A stretch of DNA of 57,987 bases, filler included, from Catajapyx aquilonaris (Eukaryota), in NCBI GenBank assembly GCA_000934665.2. It is 2 parts of 2 records of this genome, joined end to end, with 100 filler letters (N's around TTAATTAATTAA, not from the genome) between each part and the next. Parts side by side here need not be neighbours in the genome. Positions count along the whole stretch, not along the records: positions 28,974 to 57,987 come from JYFJ02004858.1; 1 more part is not named here. The stretch is one strand, 5' to 3'. The notes beneath the pieces were generated by a model. That model was not told where the DNA came from. It searched no databases and saw only the letters and a program-made list of their open reading frames with translations. Below, in pieces: positions 39,118 to 51,500 of this stretch. Every line of letters begins with the position of its first letter. Positions within the stretch are counted from its first letter, which is position 1. The position numbers and the translations under genes are program-made.

Positions 39118-40161
39118 ATGTCGGACGGTGAGTTTGAGGACATCTGGGTGAAGGAGGAGTGTCTGGTTGACCCGCAAGAGCTGGCCGGACAGGACAAGTA
39201 CTTGTCAGCCACAGACGCTGGTGTGTGCCGCAGTGGCAAAGACGTACGGGCAAAGCGCAACCGGGGCGAGAACTGGAACCAGCAGGAGAAGGAAGACTTG
39301 TTCACGTGTGTCCGTAAGCACTTGGCAGCAATCGAGAGCAAGCTTGCGGACACGACCTCAATGAGACAGAAGCATCAGGCTTGGGATGACGTATACGACG
39401 CTTGGGTGGAGAAGCACGGTGCGAAAAGGTCGCTGAATCACGTCAAGGATATGTGGAGACGGATGAAGCAGAATGCGAACTTGGCCGTTACAAAGTACAA
39501 GTCTGGAGAAGAGCCGAAGACTGAGCCGAGCCGGTTGGACTGCACCGTGTACAGTGTGGTTGCGCAGGTTACGTCTTGCTACCAGTTGGTGCAAGAAGAC
39601 AACACTGCGGGTACGTCCGAGGAAAGTACAGATGCTGTTGAGAGGCTGCAATGTGCCGCACCCACACTGTAAGACTTGCTGTATTAGGCATGTAACATTT
39701 AATTAACACATGCGATTACAGCTTCACCGAGCCTGAAACGCCGCCATCTAAACCTATCGACCAGCGAACTGAGTCGCCTGAAGCAGTCATAAGGATTGAA
39801 GACACAACAATGCAGTTTCAACCAGTTGACGAACCGGACTGTCCAGCGTAAGCCTCTGCGTACAGTACATACTGTATATTACTTACATTTTCTGCCAATT
39901 TCCAGGCAGAAGAACCACCAAACCGGACCAACGTCGAAGAAGCGGACAAATCCGCTTCCGATGTCCGTGTACGAATCCGAAGCGCTGGAGTTGCTTCGTG
40001 CCAAAATTACGCTCGAGATGAAGCACATGAAGGCCGAACACAACATGCGACTGGCTGTGGGGAAGGCTCGGCTGGCAGCAGAAAAGACTCGACTGGCAGC
40101 AGAAAAGCAGCGGCGGGCATACTACGCTGCGAAAATGTGCTTGATGAACGAATCAGATTAA
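39118..40161 (+). CDS. Myb/SANT-like DNA-binding domain protein (MSANTD-type) with C-terminal coiled coil; exons 39118-39668, 39722-39847, 39907-40161
   Basis: RGENWNQQEKEDL...IESK...KHQAWDDV...RSLNHVKDMWRRMK; both phase-2 introns keep the frame open. Confidence 0.85.
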
Positions 40162-40284
40162 ATTTAATTGGATTTTTAAAGCAAATTTTATTTTTGGTAA
40201 TGAAACGTCCAAACATGCTACTTGACCAACCGCCAAGCCGGCGTACCCCTGTAATGAGACATTGCGATCAGACCTGTACGCAAC

Positions 40285-41857
40285 TCAAAAATGTCCAACG
40301 TACCTTCGTCCCATTTGGGCCCATCCCTGAATCATGGGGTCGTCCCACACTACGCTCTTCTCCGCCCCAACAGCCTTCCTCGACCAACTTTGTGTGGGTC
40401 CGATGGCTCTTGACCAGTCACTCTTGACCTTCGTCACGCTCTTGACCTTCGTCACGCTCTTCACCTTTTCTGGACCAGTCGAACGTTTCTTCGCCGCCGC
40501 CTTCTTCTCCTGGGCCTTCTTCAAATCCGCCCTGTCCCGCTCTCTGAACAGCTCCAGGACGGCCTTGCTGTCGTGTCCGGCTGCTTTGCTGTCCGCCTCT
40601 GTCGGCTTCGGCTTAGTTCTCCGTTTCCCCTTGTCACATCCCTCCCGCAGCACCACCATGGCCTTCATGAGAAATATTTCACATATTATGTGCATACCAG
40701 CAGGATTGATAAATACATTATACACCAAACGTCATAAATATTTTAAAAATTATTTTAGGAGACTTTACCCTGTGTAGCGACCAGAACGCCTTGGAGCTCT
40801 CGGTTGTCCTCTTGTCCTCCTCTTCCTGCATCCGCTCGGCCAGCTCCTTCTCCTGAATCTTCCTCGCCTTCTCCCTTCGCCACTCCTGCAGCTTCTCCTT
40901 GGTCTCGGCCCGCTTCTTCAGCTCCACCTTTGTCGGCTTTGGTTTGCGGGGCGGCTGAACTTGGTCCACCTTTGAAGGCGGTATGACCCGAGCTGGTATT
41001 ACCCGAGGCATCTTCGACCCGGATTTGAACATGCGTACGGGCTGCTTCATATTCTTTTGGGTGTGGTTCGTCAGGCGCTTCCACTCGCTCGTGGACATGT
41101 CCTTCTTCCAGGCGCTCACCAGTCGCACCTGCTGCGTCAGCTGCTGCTCCTCGTCTTGCAGGGTCGTGAGGCTGGGCACAACGAAATGTAATTAGCTGCC
41201 GGTTAATTATGACAATATGCACTTACTTTTCAGCGGTACTGCTCTGGAACTTGGCGAGCGACTTGGCCAAATGCCCCACGTGATACTTCAGGGTCGGAAA
41301 ATCTAGAGGAGAGTTGGTACGAGTCATTGCGAATTTGTGAAAACAGTGAGCTCACCCACCTTCCGGTCTGTTAATTACGGTGTAGCTTAGTTCATCTACG
41401 CCACGGTTCAGATCCTTCAGCTCGTCAAACACCTTCAGAAGTCTCTCCTCGCTGTAGATTCAACATTAATTAGCAATTAGTATTGATTATTATATGAATC
41501 AGTATTCCTGATGAACTAGGAATTATGTATTTATTATGAATTATGAATGAGCATTATTTTATTATTATTTATTATTACTGTACCGGTACTTTGAATTACA
41601 ATTTACTATGAAAATATAATTGTTATTGCGAATTTTAGTTTATTGTATGATGCTATGTGTTTATTCATCATATTTTCTCTATGGATTATTAGTTATGAAT
41701 AATTTTAACAATATTACTGTTCGAGGTCCCTCTTCCTCTTCAATGCGAGGAAGTCCCCGAAGAGATGGATGTTGTTGCTGAGGAGTTTCTCGTAGGCGTG
41801 TCTCAGGAACTTCTCCTCCAGTCGTAGGGTCGTCATAACGTCCTTGTTACTCGTCAT
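40285..41857 (-). CDS. multi-exon Lys/Glu-rich orphan protein, partly coiled-coil; exon ends approximate
   Basis: GC-rich open segments (~41857-41718, 41453-41360, 41302-41227, 41172-40768, 40661-40285) separated by AT-rich GT-AG intervals. Confidence 0.6.
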
Positions 41858-42244
41858 GTTGCTTGACCTCACTTAATGACCTTAAATTACACTGGTTAAA
41901 ATTTTTATCAAGATTTTAAAAAAGAAGTAGTTCAAAGAAAAAGAGAGGCCAGCATCAAAAAAAAAGACCCAAGCCGAATTGAATTTTTTTGGTGACTCAT
42001 CTGTTTGAAAAACAAAAACAAAGGGGTTGCCAGGTCCCCAAGGGTGGTTTCCATGGATCAATACCGGATCAATAACAATGGGGGCTGAGTCTGGCCAAAG
42101 CCAAGCCAAAGTCTGGCCACACTGTTTGGTGGACCCAACATGGCGGAACGTTTGTTTGAAAATAAAAAGCGGCAAAAGATTTGAAATGTACTCACTTTTT
42201 ATTGGACCCCTCAGTACATGTTAATTGGTGGGTAAATGAATTAA

Positions 42245-44504
42245 TTAGCTGTTCTTCTGCGGAACCTTGATGGTCACGTTCTTCACCTCTGTGTACGCTT
42301 GTAGCCCGTACTCACCCAGCTCACGACCGAACCCGGACATTTTGAAGCCGCCAAACGGAGCCTGAGCCGCAAACGCATCGTAACAGTTGACCCTGTAATT
42401 ATTTTAAAAAAGTATGTTTAATTAGCCGGAAACAACAACAACACAATCAGTAAAATTTGAAACAAATCTCTCTCACCATACAGTCCCGGCCTTTAATCCT
42501 TGGCTGAGATACAGCGCTTTGTCCAAATTCTGCGTGAAAACGGCTGCGGCAAGTCCATACACCGTGTTGTTGGCTCGCTCTAACAGCTGGTCCATATTAT
42601 TGAACCGCATTATCTGCTGGACTGGTCCGAATATCTCCTCCTGTGCGATCCGCATCCCGTCTTGAACCTCGGAAAACACGGTGGGCTGGATGAAGTAACC
42701 GCGGTCTCCGTATCTGGAGCCTCCAGTCAGCAGTTTGGCCCCGTCCTTTTTCCCGGATTCGATGAGATCTAGGATCTTCTCGAATTGCTCGCTGTCCACT
42801 TGCGGACCCTGCTGGACCTTGGGGTCAAATGGGTTGCCCACAGTGCGGCTCTTGGCCATGGACACGCTCTGTTCGACGAACTTGTCGTATATTGCGTCCT
42901 CGACGAATATGCGTGAACCTGCGCAACAGCATTGCCCCTGGAAATTCATGATCGTTTACATGGATCGCAGTGTATGACTGTGTCCGACCCATACCTGGTT
43001 GAAAAAAAGGCCAAAATGCGACATCTGAACAGCATAGTCGAGATCAGCGTCCTTCAGAATAATGTTGGGCGACTTCCCTCCCAGCTCCAGGGAGACTCGC
43101 TTCAGATTGCTCTTCCCCGACCCTTGCTGAATCAGGTGTCCCACTTGGGTCGATCCGGTGAATGCGATCTTGTCCACATCCATGTGTTCGGTTATGGCTT
43201 GTCCGGCTGTTGGCCCGTATCCTGGGATTATGTTAACGACACCGGGTGGAAATCCGGCTTCCTTGATCAGTTCTGCGACGTACAGGGCAGTCAGCGGTGT
43301 CTGCTCGGCTGGCTTCATCACGACGGTGTTGCCTGAAAGAAACTGGTCAAGTGTCTGCTACTGTTCATACTCATTGTGCTCACCAGTCGCCAGTGCTGGT
43401 CCCAGCTTCCAGGATTGCATCAGAAGTGGAAAGTTCCATGGGATAATCTGTCCGCAGACACCAACAGGCTCGTGCCGCGTGTACGTAAAGTACTGTCCAT
43501 CCACCGGGATGGTCTTTCCATGTATCTTGTCCGCCCACCCAGCATAGTAGCGCAGGACTCCGATGGACATGGGGACGTCCGCATTGTAGGCGTCAGCGAA
43601 CGGCTTTCCATTGTCCAGTGTCTCCAGGCTCTAAGAACAAACAATGCGGTCACACTGTAGGTCCAGCAACATGCCAACTTACAGCCAGGTACACCCGATC
43701 CCTCTCCATCAGGTCGGCCAGTCTGTTGAGCAGCACGCCACGGTTCGAAGCGTCCATAGTCCGCCACGGACTACCAAGCTTGAATGCATCTTTGGCCGCC
43801 CGGACAGCCACATCCACATCGGCCTGAAACAAAAGGTAGACATTCAACACTACTGCATGTAAATTGACCAATACAAATGCATTTATTAGTTTAGTTGTTC
43901 ATATTTTTATTAAGTTGTTTTTTTATGTAGGTTATGTAATTATTTTATTTAATAATTGCATACAAAGGGCGTTTACGGATACCCAATGTTTGTCCAAAAA
44001 GTCATGCCATGGCAAACAGGCCACTTCATAATTATGCAATGCCATGCATGCACCTTTGGCAATCCCAACTTGTATGTCTTAAGGGGACCCCAAGGCCAAG
44101 GTCTATTTATATTTGTTGTGCCAACAATTCCTGGCATGTGAGCATGCGAGCGCCTTAACCACGCCTTAACTTCATAGTTTTCCACACAATGCCTTTGGAA
44201 AAATTCAGGTTGTTATCGGATAAGCTCACCTTATCTCCTTCCTGAACATCAGCGATGGCTTCACCTGTCGCAGGGTTGATAGTCGGAAAAGTCTTGCCCG
44301 AAGCCGACTTGCGCCACTCGTTGTTGATAAAGATCTGCAATTGTCAGAAATGTACTTATTTTTAAGCGCCCACATTACGTAACATGTACTTACACCAGTG
44401 TAGAGCACTTCCGGATTGGTGTTTGGTGCGGGAAGAGCAGCAGTCGTGTACTTGTTGGCTAGTCGCATGGGTATGCCTGCGAACTTACTCAAAATGCGGT
44501 TCAT
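42245..44504 (-). CDS. ALDH2: aldehyde dehydrogenase, mitochondrial type (ALDH1/2 family)
   Basis: Presequence-like N-terminus, [63 protein letters not shown], ending KVPQKNS; GT-AG introns. Confidence 0.95.
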
Positions 44505-45285
44505 GTCTGCTTGCGGTGTACTTGGTCTGCAGCCGGCTGGCAAATGCGACTGACTGAGAGGAAGTGACTATTATCAGTCAAGAGCCCCTCAGTGGGTGGG
44601 TGGGTGGGTGGTTGGGATGACGGGGGAAAAGGAAGGTCAAATATACTAGCTGGTTTTTTTTCCCCCTTCCCAGCTCAGCTTGAAAAGTTGATGGCCACGT
44701 ACTCAACGCAAACATGTAGCCTTGGCAAGCTACTTTGCAATGAACAAAATCAGTATCAAAATGTTTTCAAAAAAAAATTTACATGACGTCCCAAAATCAA
44801 GCGAATTATCACGTACTAATTATTTTATTGTCATGTTTCGTGGAATGAACATACCATCTGCGTTCAACACATACACTTATTTACACAAACCTCAGCACAT
44901 ATGTACCGAGACAGGTACACATTTAGCTGCACTGATTTCCAGCGATGAGACTAGTAATGCTCACGGTGTAATTATGCCAGACATGGTGAGAAAAAGTCGG
45001 TAGAGATCAAGACAGCCAATTAACATGGCATCGTTTTACATTAATTAATGCCATTAATTATGGCACCGGCTTGCATGATTCAATCCCTGCAATAAATAAT
45101 TACAGATAAGAGCCCACTGAATAGTACAATCACCACAGTGTTGAGAAATTAATATGTAAAATTATAATTGTGTGGAAAAAAAAAAAAAGTGGAAGAGAGG
45201 AAATGGTCCTTTTGTGCGTCCATTTTACATGTGCTACCCATACATTATGTGGATTGTCCTGCTTGGAATGTGTTCATGATTGTGT

Positions 45286-46343
45286 TTAAACGAGTATCAC
45301 ATATGCAATTAGTGGCAGCACTAGGTTGTCCACTTGGTCCGTTAGCGACTCGACCATCGCGGTTGTCAACACCGCCACTGTTGCTTTCGCCACTGTTGTC
45401 GTACTCACTGGAATCCACCCGGCGTAAAACATACATGCGACAATAGCCGCCTGCGACACCACCGAACACAGAGTACCCTCCACAGTCTTGGCCGTCATTG
45501 GCCACTTGGTACGTCCGAATAGCGATCCGCCAATGCTGGCTGCTGCATCGCCGACACCGACGGCTATTAGCCCTGCATTTAACGCCAAGAACGCCCCCAT
45601 TGTTGGGTTTGGATGTAGCCACAATGGTGTGGAGCATCCGACTAATAGGTATGTGTGGGTCAGTATGAGCGGACCTTGGTCCTTCTCGTCCACGAATAGT
45701 TGCAGGCTTGAGTGCACCAGGTGTCCCACCGGCGGTAGACTCAGGAGCCGTACTGCCTCCATGGCACAGAAGACGCCAAGAGCCACGCCGCTTGCCAGGT
45801 ACAGCGCGGCGTAATCAAAGAGTATGCCCGGAATGTACATTGCGAGCTGGAAGAAGTGGAAGTACTTGCGGATCCGGGTAGTCGCCTTCTCGCCCGTCGC
45901 AACCTGCAGCTTCACCAACAGAATGCACGCCAAAGTGCATGCGCCCCAAAATGCAATTAGGGCCAACCGGTGAGGGGCGGACGCAAACCGGACGAACCAC
46001 AGCAGCGGAAACTCTCCAAACAGGTACCAAATTGTGGGCAGCACAATGCCACCGATAATGACGCCAGACATTGCGTAGAACGGTACTGGCTGCTTCAGGA
46101 GTTCGAAAGCTAGGGGCAGCCGGCATATCAGTATGACGCCCAGGAGCCCAACCTGCAATCAAAATTAATAATGACGACGATGATGATAAAAATTATACAA
46201 ATAATACAAATAATTAAAAATAAATAAATAATAATAATAATAATACAAATAATAATAATACAAATGATAATAATAATAATACAAATAATAACAATAATAA
46301 TACAAATAATAATAATAATACAAATAATAACAATAATAATACA

Positions 46344-46375
<32 letters not shown>

Positions 46376-47479
46376 AAATAATAATAATAATAATAATACA
46401 ATTAATAATAATAATAAACGAATGAATTAGTAATTAAAACATCATAAATAATAAAAATTAATGAAAAAAATCATAATAAATATACCATTTAATTAAATAA
46501 AAGTTGAATAATACATGTACATAAATTATAAAATATTAAAAATACATACATAAATTAGAAACCATTAATCAATGATAATTAATAATAAATATAATAAGTA
46601 ATAACACACAATAATTATTATTACAAATAAATAATAAATATAATAAGTAATAACACACAATAATTATTATTACAAATAAATAATAAACACACTAAACAGC
46701 ACTAATATAATAAATAGTTAATAAATACACTAATATAATAAATAGTTAATAAATACACTAATATAATAAATAGTTAATAAATAGTTAATAAATAGACTAA
46801 TAAATAGTTAATAAATACATGAATATAATAAAGTTAATAAATACACTAATATAATAAATAGTTAATAAATGGACTAATATAATAAATAGTTAATAAATAC
46901 ATGAATAGTTTATGAATAGACAATAGTTGATAAATAGACAATAATAAGTACGCAACAAATACAAAATTATTAAATACGTAAATAAACATATAAAAAATAT
47001 TTGCACTTATCATACCGAGGTCATATACTTACTGCAAGTGTAACATTGACGTGTGCGACTTCGCTTTCGACGGTCGCTCCTTTCATGACGCTCCGGATGA
47101 CAGCCGCTAGGAATAGGAATAGTGCCTGGATTGCGACGATAGCCTCCCCCAACGTGAAGCTGCCGGGACACAACCGCATGAGCCGGAGTGTCTCAACCTG
47201 GCTTCCAACCATGGCCGCGAGACACACCACGCTCCATACAATCCCATGCGTGGCAGCCATGCAGGTTGCGACGGTGCAGTACAGCGCCCAACGCAGCCAG
47301 GTCGTCCCATGTGCGATGGACCACACCAAGTCCATGGATGCTAGCAGCAGCGCTCCGGCAACCTCCGCAACTTCCCTGTACGTACCGGTCCCATCGCTCG
47401 CGCCCCACACGACCGCGCACGGCAGCAGCACTGCGCACCACGGTCCAGCGCTCGCATTGGGCCTCGACTTGATCCCCAT
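45286..47479 (-). CDS. DOLK: dolichol kinase (exons 47479-47033 and 46152-45286; may extend further 5')
   Basis: RKYFH, DEKDQGPLILTHTYLLVGCSTPLW, GVGDAAASIGGSLFGRTKW..TAKTVEGT, QVDNLVLP; many transmembrane segments; phase-0 intron. Confidence 0.93.
46165..47000. repeat. extremely AT-rich simple and tandem repeats in the DOLK intron
   Basis: (AAT)n/AATACAAAT and TAAATAGTTAATAAATACACTAATA units. Confidence 0.9.
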
Positions 47480-48197
47480 CTCGGCCAGGCTGCCCTGCAG
47501 TGACCACTCCGGTGTCGTCTTGCCCACTCCATTCTGCACAAGTGGGAACACACACTGTACATGACATGTACACTGCTGGTATGTACCTGTACCCACCTGA
47601 GCCATCCCGTTCTGCTGCTCACCCTTCCTCTCCATCGCTGACACAAAGAGCGGCTGACGACACCAGCAGAACACGATGCATCACCCCCGGTGCTTCAGGG
47701 TCAATGATGTGCTCCAAAAAAGGTCAGGGTCACAACCTGCTTATTAGTCGACACTGAACTAGCGGCTACATATCAATCTGCAAATGGCTAAAAAAGTAGC
47801 TATTAGTTAGCGCCCTGATGACGTGTTCGATTGGGCTTGTCCGAATATGTGGTGACGTCACGAATGCTGCGTCCGAATAGAGTTAATTCAGCTAAAATTT
47901 ATATAGCGAAATTTTTCAGCGTGGTTTATAATCGCGAATTGCGTCAAACAAAATTTTTGCAATAGTATGTCGCAAAAGGGTGTAAATTGCGGCTTTACTG
48001 TACGGCCATGGAGTGAAAATTACGGGCTTGTTTTGCACGCATGTGGATAGTACAGTAGGTATAATTAGGGTTTATTTTTTTTAGCAGATTTCTTTTTTTC
48101 GGGTAGTTTGAGCTGCTAAATTTGCGTGCGAATTATTTTTTTTGCGGGCGTTTCCGATTGGTTCAAGTAGATCCAATCTACTGTTGGTTTCCAACTG

Positions 48198-48270
48198 GCC
48201 TCGGTAGCGCAGTAGGTAGCGCGTCAGTCTCATAATCTGAAGGCCGTGAGTTCGATCCTCACCCGGGGCA
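48198..48270 (+). tRNA. tRNA-Met(CAT), elongator type
   Basis: GCCTCGGTAGCGCAGTAGGTAGCGCGTCAGTCTCATAATCTGAAGGCCGTGAGTTCGATCCTCACCCGGGGCA; cloverleaf with CAT anticodon, G1-C72 pair and TTC T-loop. Confidence 0.97.
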
Positions 48271-48272
48271 TC

Positions 48273-48284
48273 TTTTTTTTTTTT
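48273..48284 (+). terminator. Pol III oligo-dT terminator
   Basis: T-run immediately after the tRNA. Confidence 0.85.
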
Positions 48285-48521
48285 CGTTCTTTCCCCTTCG
48301 TCTTTTAATGTTCAATAATCATAATTATCATCGTCACTGATTTTTTTAGTAAGAAGCGGAATAATTTTTGCAATATTCTGCAAAGCCAAACCATGAATAC
48401 GCGATAAGGCGCGTTATCAACCACTGGACTCCGATAGCAGTGTAATAATAGACGTGGTTGTTCAGTGTATGTACTGTACATACGTTGGGTAGACAGCTGC
48501 TGTCAGTTGGATATAAGAATT

Positions 48522-51500
48522 ATGGAGGACAAGAGCATGTCGGACTTGCACGTCGCAGCTTTCCAAGGCTCTCTGACAACGGCCCAGACTTTGATTGACA
48601 ATGGACATGATGTGAACAAGAAGAGCAGGAGTGGTAAGACCCCCTTGATTGTCGCTGCTCGATATGGATATGAGCGAGTTTGTGACGTTCTTCTACATCA
48701 CAATGCCTTGATAGACATTGCAGACAACGATGAAAAGACAGCACTACATGTTGCTGCCGAGCATAACCACGAAAAGGTATGCCGCTTACTTTTAGACAAC
48801 GGCGCTGGTGTGAACAAGACGACCAAATTGGGCGACACTCCTCTTCATCTCGGTTCCGGTTCGATCAAAGTTGTCCAGCTTCTTTTGTCTAGAGGAGCCG
48901 ATTCGAGTATTGAGAACCTGGCTGGACAGACACCTTTGTCGAAGGCTGTTGAGAAGGACTGTACCATGGCGGTGAAGGTACTGGTCAGTCCAAGCGATAT
49001 GCACGTTGCTGCTGCAATCGGAGATGTTGATAGTGTTCAGAAGTACCTGAAGTCCGGTTGTGATGTTAACAAACGTAACGAGCAATCAGAGACGCCATTG
49101 ATTGTAGCGGCTAGGAATAACCAAGTGCAAGTCTGTCAGTTGCTTCTGAGTCAGCCATCATGCGATATTGACGCGCGTGGCGACGACGGAAGAGCCGCGT
49201 TACATGAATCGGCCAGAAACGGAAGCTTGGACGTATGCAAAATGTTGCTGGAAAAAGGTGCGACAGTTGACATCCGGACACACTCGTGCGACACACCCTT
49301 GCATTTCGCATCTCTTGCTAAGATGACAGATGTGATTAGGTTGCTGTTGAAGTACTCGGCTAATCCTCAGGCGATCAACGACAAGATGATCACACCAGCA
49401 GCACTCGCCAATTTGAAGGGTCGTCTTCAGGAACACAAGATGCTGATGGATCATTTGACTGATCGTGGAAAGACCAGGTGAAATGCCTGAAAATTTAAAG
49501 GAGTTAGGTAGCAGACGTGAAGCTGAAATTAGAGCCTCCGAGAGAGGTGCTCCTGCCTAAGGTCTGCCACTTTCCTCCTTTTAGTGACTTATCAGTATGT
49601 TCTTACTCCTTTTAGTGACTCATTGTCCTTACTCCTTTTAGTGACTAACTGTCAGTATAATTATGTTCTTACTCCTGTTAGTGACTAACTGTCAGTATAT
49701 GTTCTTACTCCTGTTAGTGACTAACTGTCAGTATATGTTCTTACTCCTGTTAGTGACTCATTGTCAGTGCGCTCTTACTCCTTTTAGTGACTCAATGTTC
49801 TTACTCCTTTTAGTGACATTGTCAGTACGTTCTTACTTCTTTTAGTGACTCATTATCAGCATGTTCTTACTTCTTTGAATGACTCAATGTGTTCTTGCTC
49901 ATTTAGTGGCTCAGTAGGTTCTTACTCCTTTTAGTGATTCAGTCTGCTAAACCTTACTCCTTCAGGTGACTCATGCCTTATCCTGATAGTGATTCAGTCT
50001 TCTTTTTCAGAAGCCACTTGTCGCCTCCGTCTGAGAAGCGTCTCAGACTCTCGTCTCAGCATCCCTCTACAACAGATTTTGTCTCCATGTATGCGACAAA
50101 GTTCAACCATAAAGAATATTTGGGACACGGATCGTACGGGAAGGTCATGAAGGCTGAGTCTAAACTGGATGGAGTTCTGTATGCAATAAAGAGAGTCAGA
50201 CTCTCTGCAGATCCAGGCCTGAAGGAGTTAGTCCTGAGGGAGGTGGTGGCTTTGGCCAGACTGAACCACCCGCATGTGGTGAGGTACTACAACTCTTGGG
50301 AGGAGAGTCCGAGTGCCTGGAAGCATCTGGAGTTTGATTCATCACTGTCAGCATGCGACAGCTCGACTCCAGAAGGACGTGAAGCACTGGAGAGAGCATC
50401 GCTGTATTACTCCTCAGGATCGTCCACGGGACCTACAACCAACTTGTTGTATATGCAACTAGAATTATGCCACAGACACACGCTAGGACACAGGCTGGAC
50501 CAAGGATTGAGGCTCTACAAGCACAGGACACTCACATTGTTCAATCAAATAGCACAGGGCGTGTGCTACATACATCAGGAACGCTTCATCCATCGTGATC
50601 TTAAGCCTCATAATATATTGTTCACACTGGATGGAAATGTGATAAAGATTGGTGATTTTGGTCTCAGCACCTTTGCTGCTGGTGTCAGAGTGTCTTCAGT
50701 GGCTGGGAAAGATGTTGAGAAGACGGACATTATTGGCACAAAGCTGTACATGGCTCCTGAGCAGATGGATGGAAACAACAATGATCGCAAGTCTGACGTC
50801 TTTTCCATGGGGCTTATACTGTACGAGATGTTACACCCTTTTGGAGCAGACAAGGACCAGCGTATTCATGTGTTCGAGTCGCTTCGTAACCAGCAACATT
50901 TTCCTGAACAATTCCTTCAGCACAATCCGGCTGAAGCAGACTTGATCATGAAGATGCTGCTGTCTGATCCATCCTCACGTGTTTCCTCACTATTTGTGGT
51001 GAAACAACTTGAGAAGCTTCTGGAGACCATGAGACAGTTGGACACCAAGCTATTTCTGAAGGCTTGCAAAGGTGGACAGTTGGACACGGTCCGCCATTGG
51101 GTGGACAGCCAGGGTGTGGACATTGAGAAGGTGATGGGTGGTGGAGGATGGCCTGCAACACATTTGGCAGCAAAAGGTGGTCATCGTGATGTCCTCTCGT
51201 TTCTGCTGGACCGAGGTGCTGATGTGGACGGACTTGACGGGGAACATCGGACGCCTCTACACTGGGCAGCCTATTCTGGACATGAAGAAACTGTGAAGAT
51301 GCTGCTGGACAGAGGAGCATCAGTGTTGAAGAAGGACATTCAGGGCAACACACCAGAAGAGTGGGCCAGAAGACATAGACGACACTTCATGAGCAAGTTG
51401 CTGCATCATCAGTTGGAAGACCTAAAGTTGGACTCAAACCAGAAACAGGATGAAGTGGGCAATGATACCAGGCGGTTTCTGGCTGCTTGCAGATCTTCTA

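Noticed and set aside
46165..46401. Poly-Tyr ORF
   Set aside because: Translation of an intronic (AAT)n microsatellite
48198..48270. tRNA-Met next to an eIF2-alpha-kinase-like gene as a functional link
   Set aside because: It is the elongator type (G1-C72, TTC T-loop), not the initiator tRNA bound by eIF2; adjacency is probably incidental
49570..49975. Regular ~35-bp repeats resembling a CRISPR array (also 37685-38320 and 18620-19390)
   Set aside because: No unique spacers, degenerate tandem units, eukaryotic context, no cas genes
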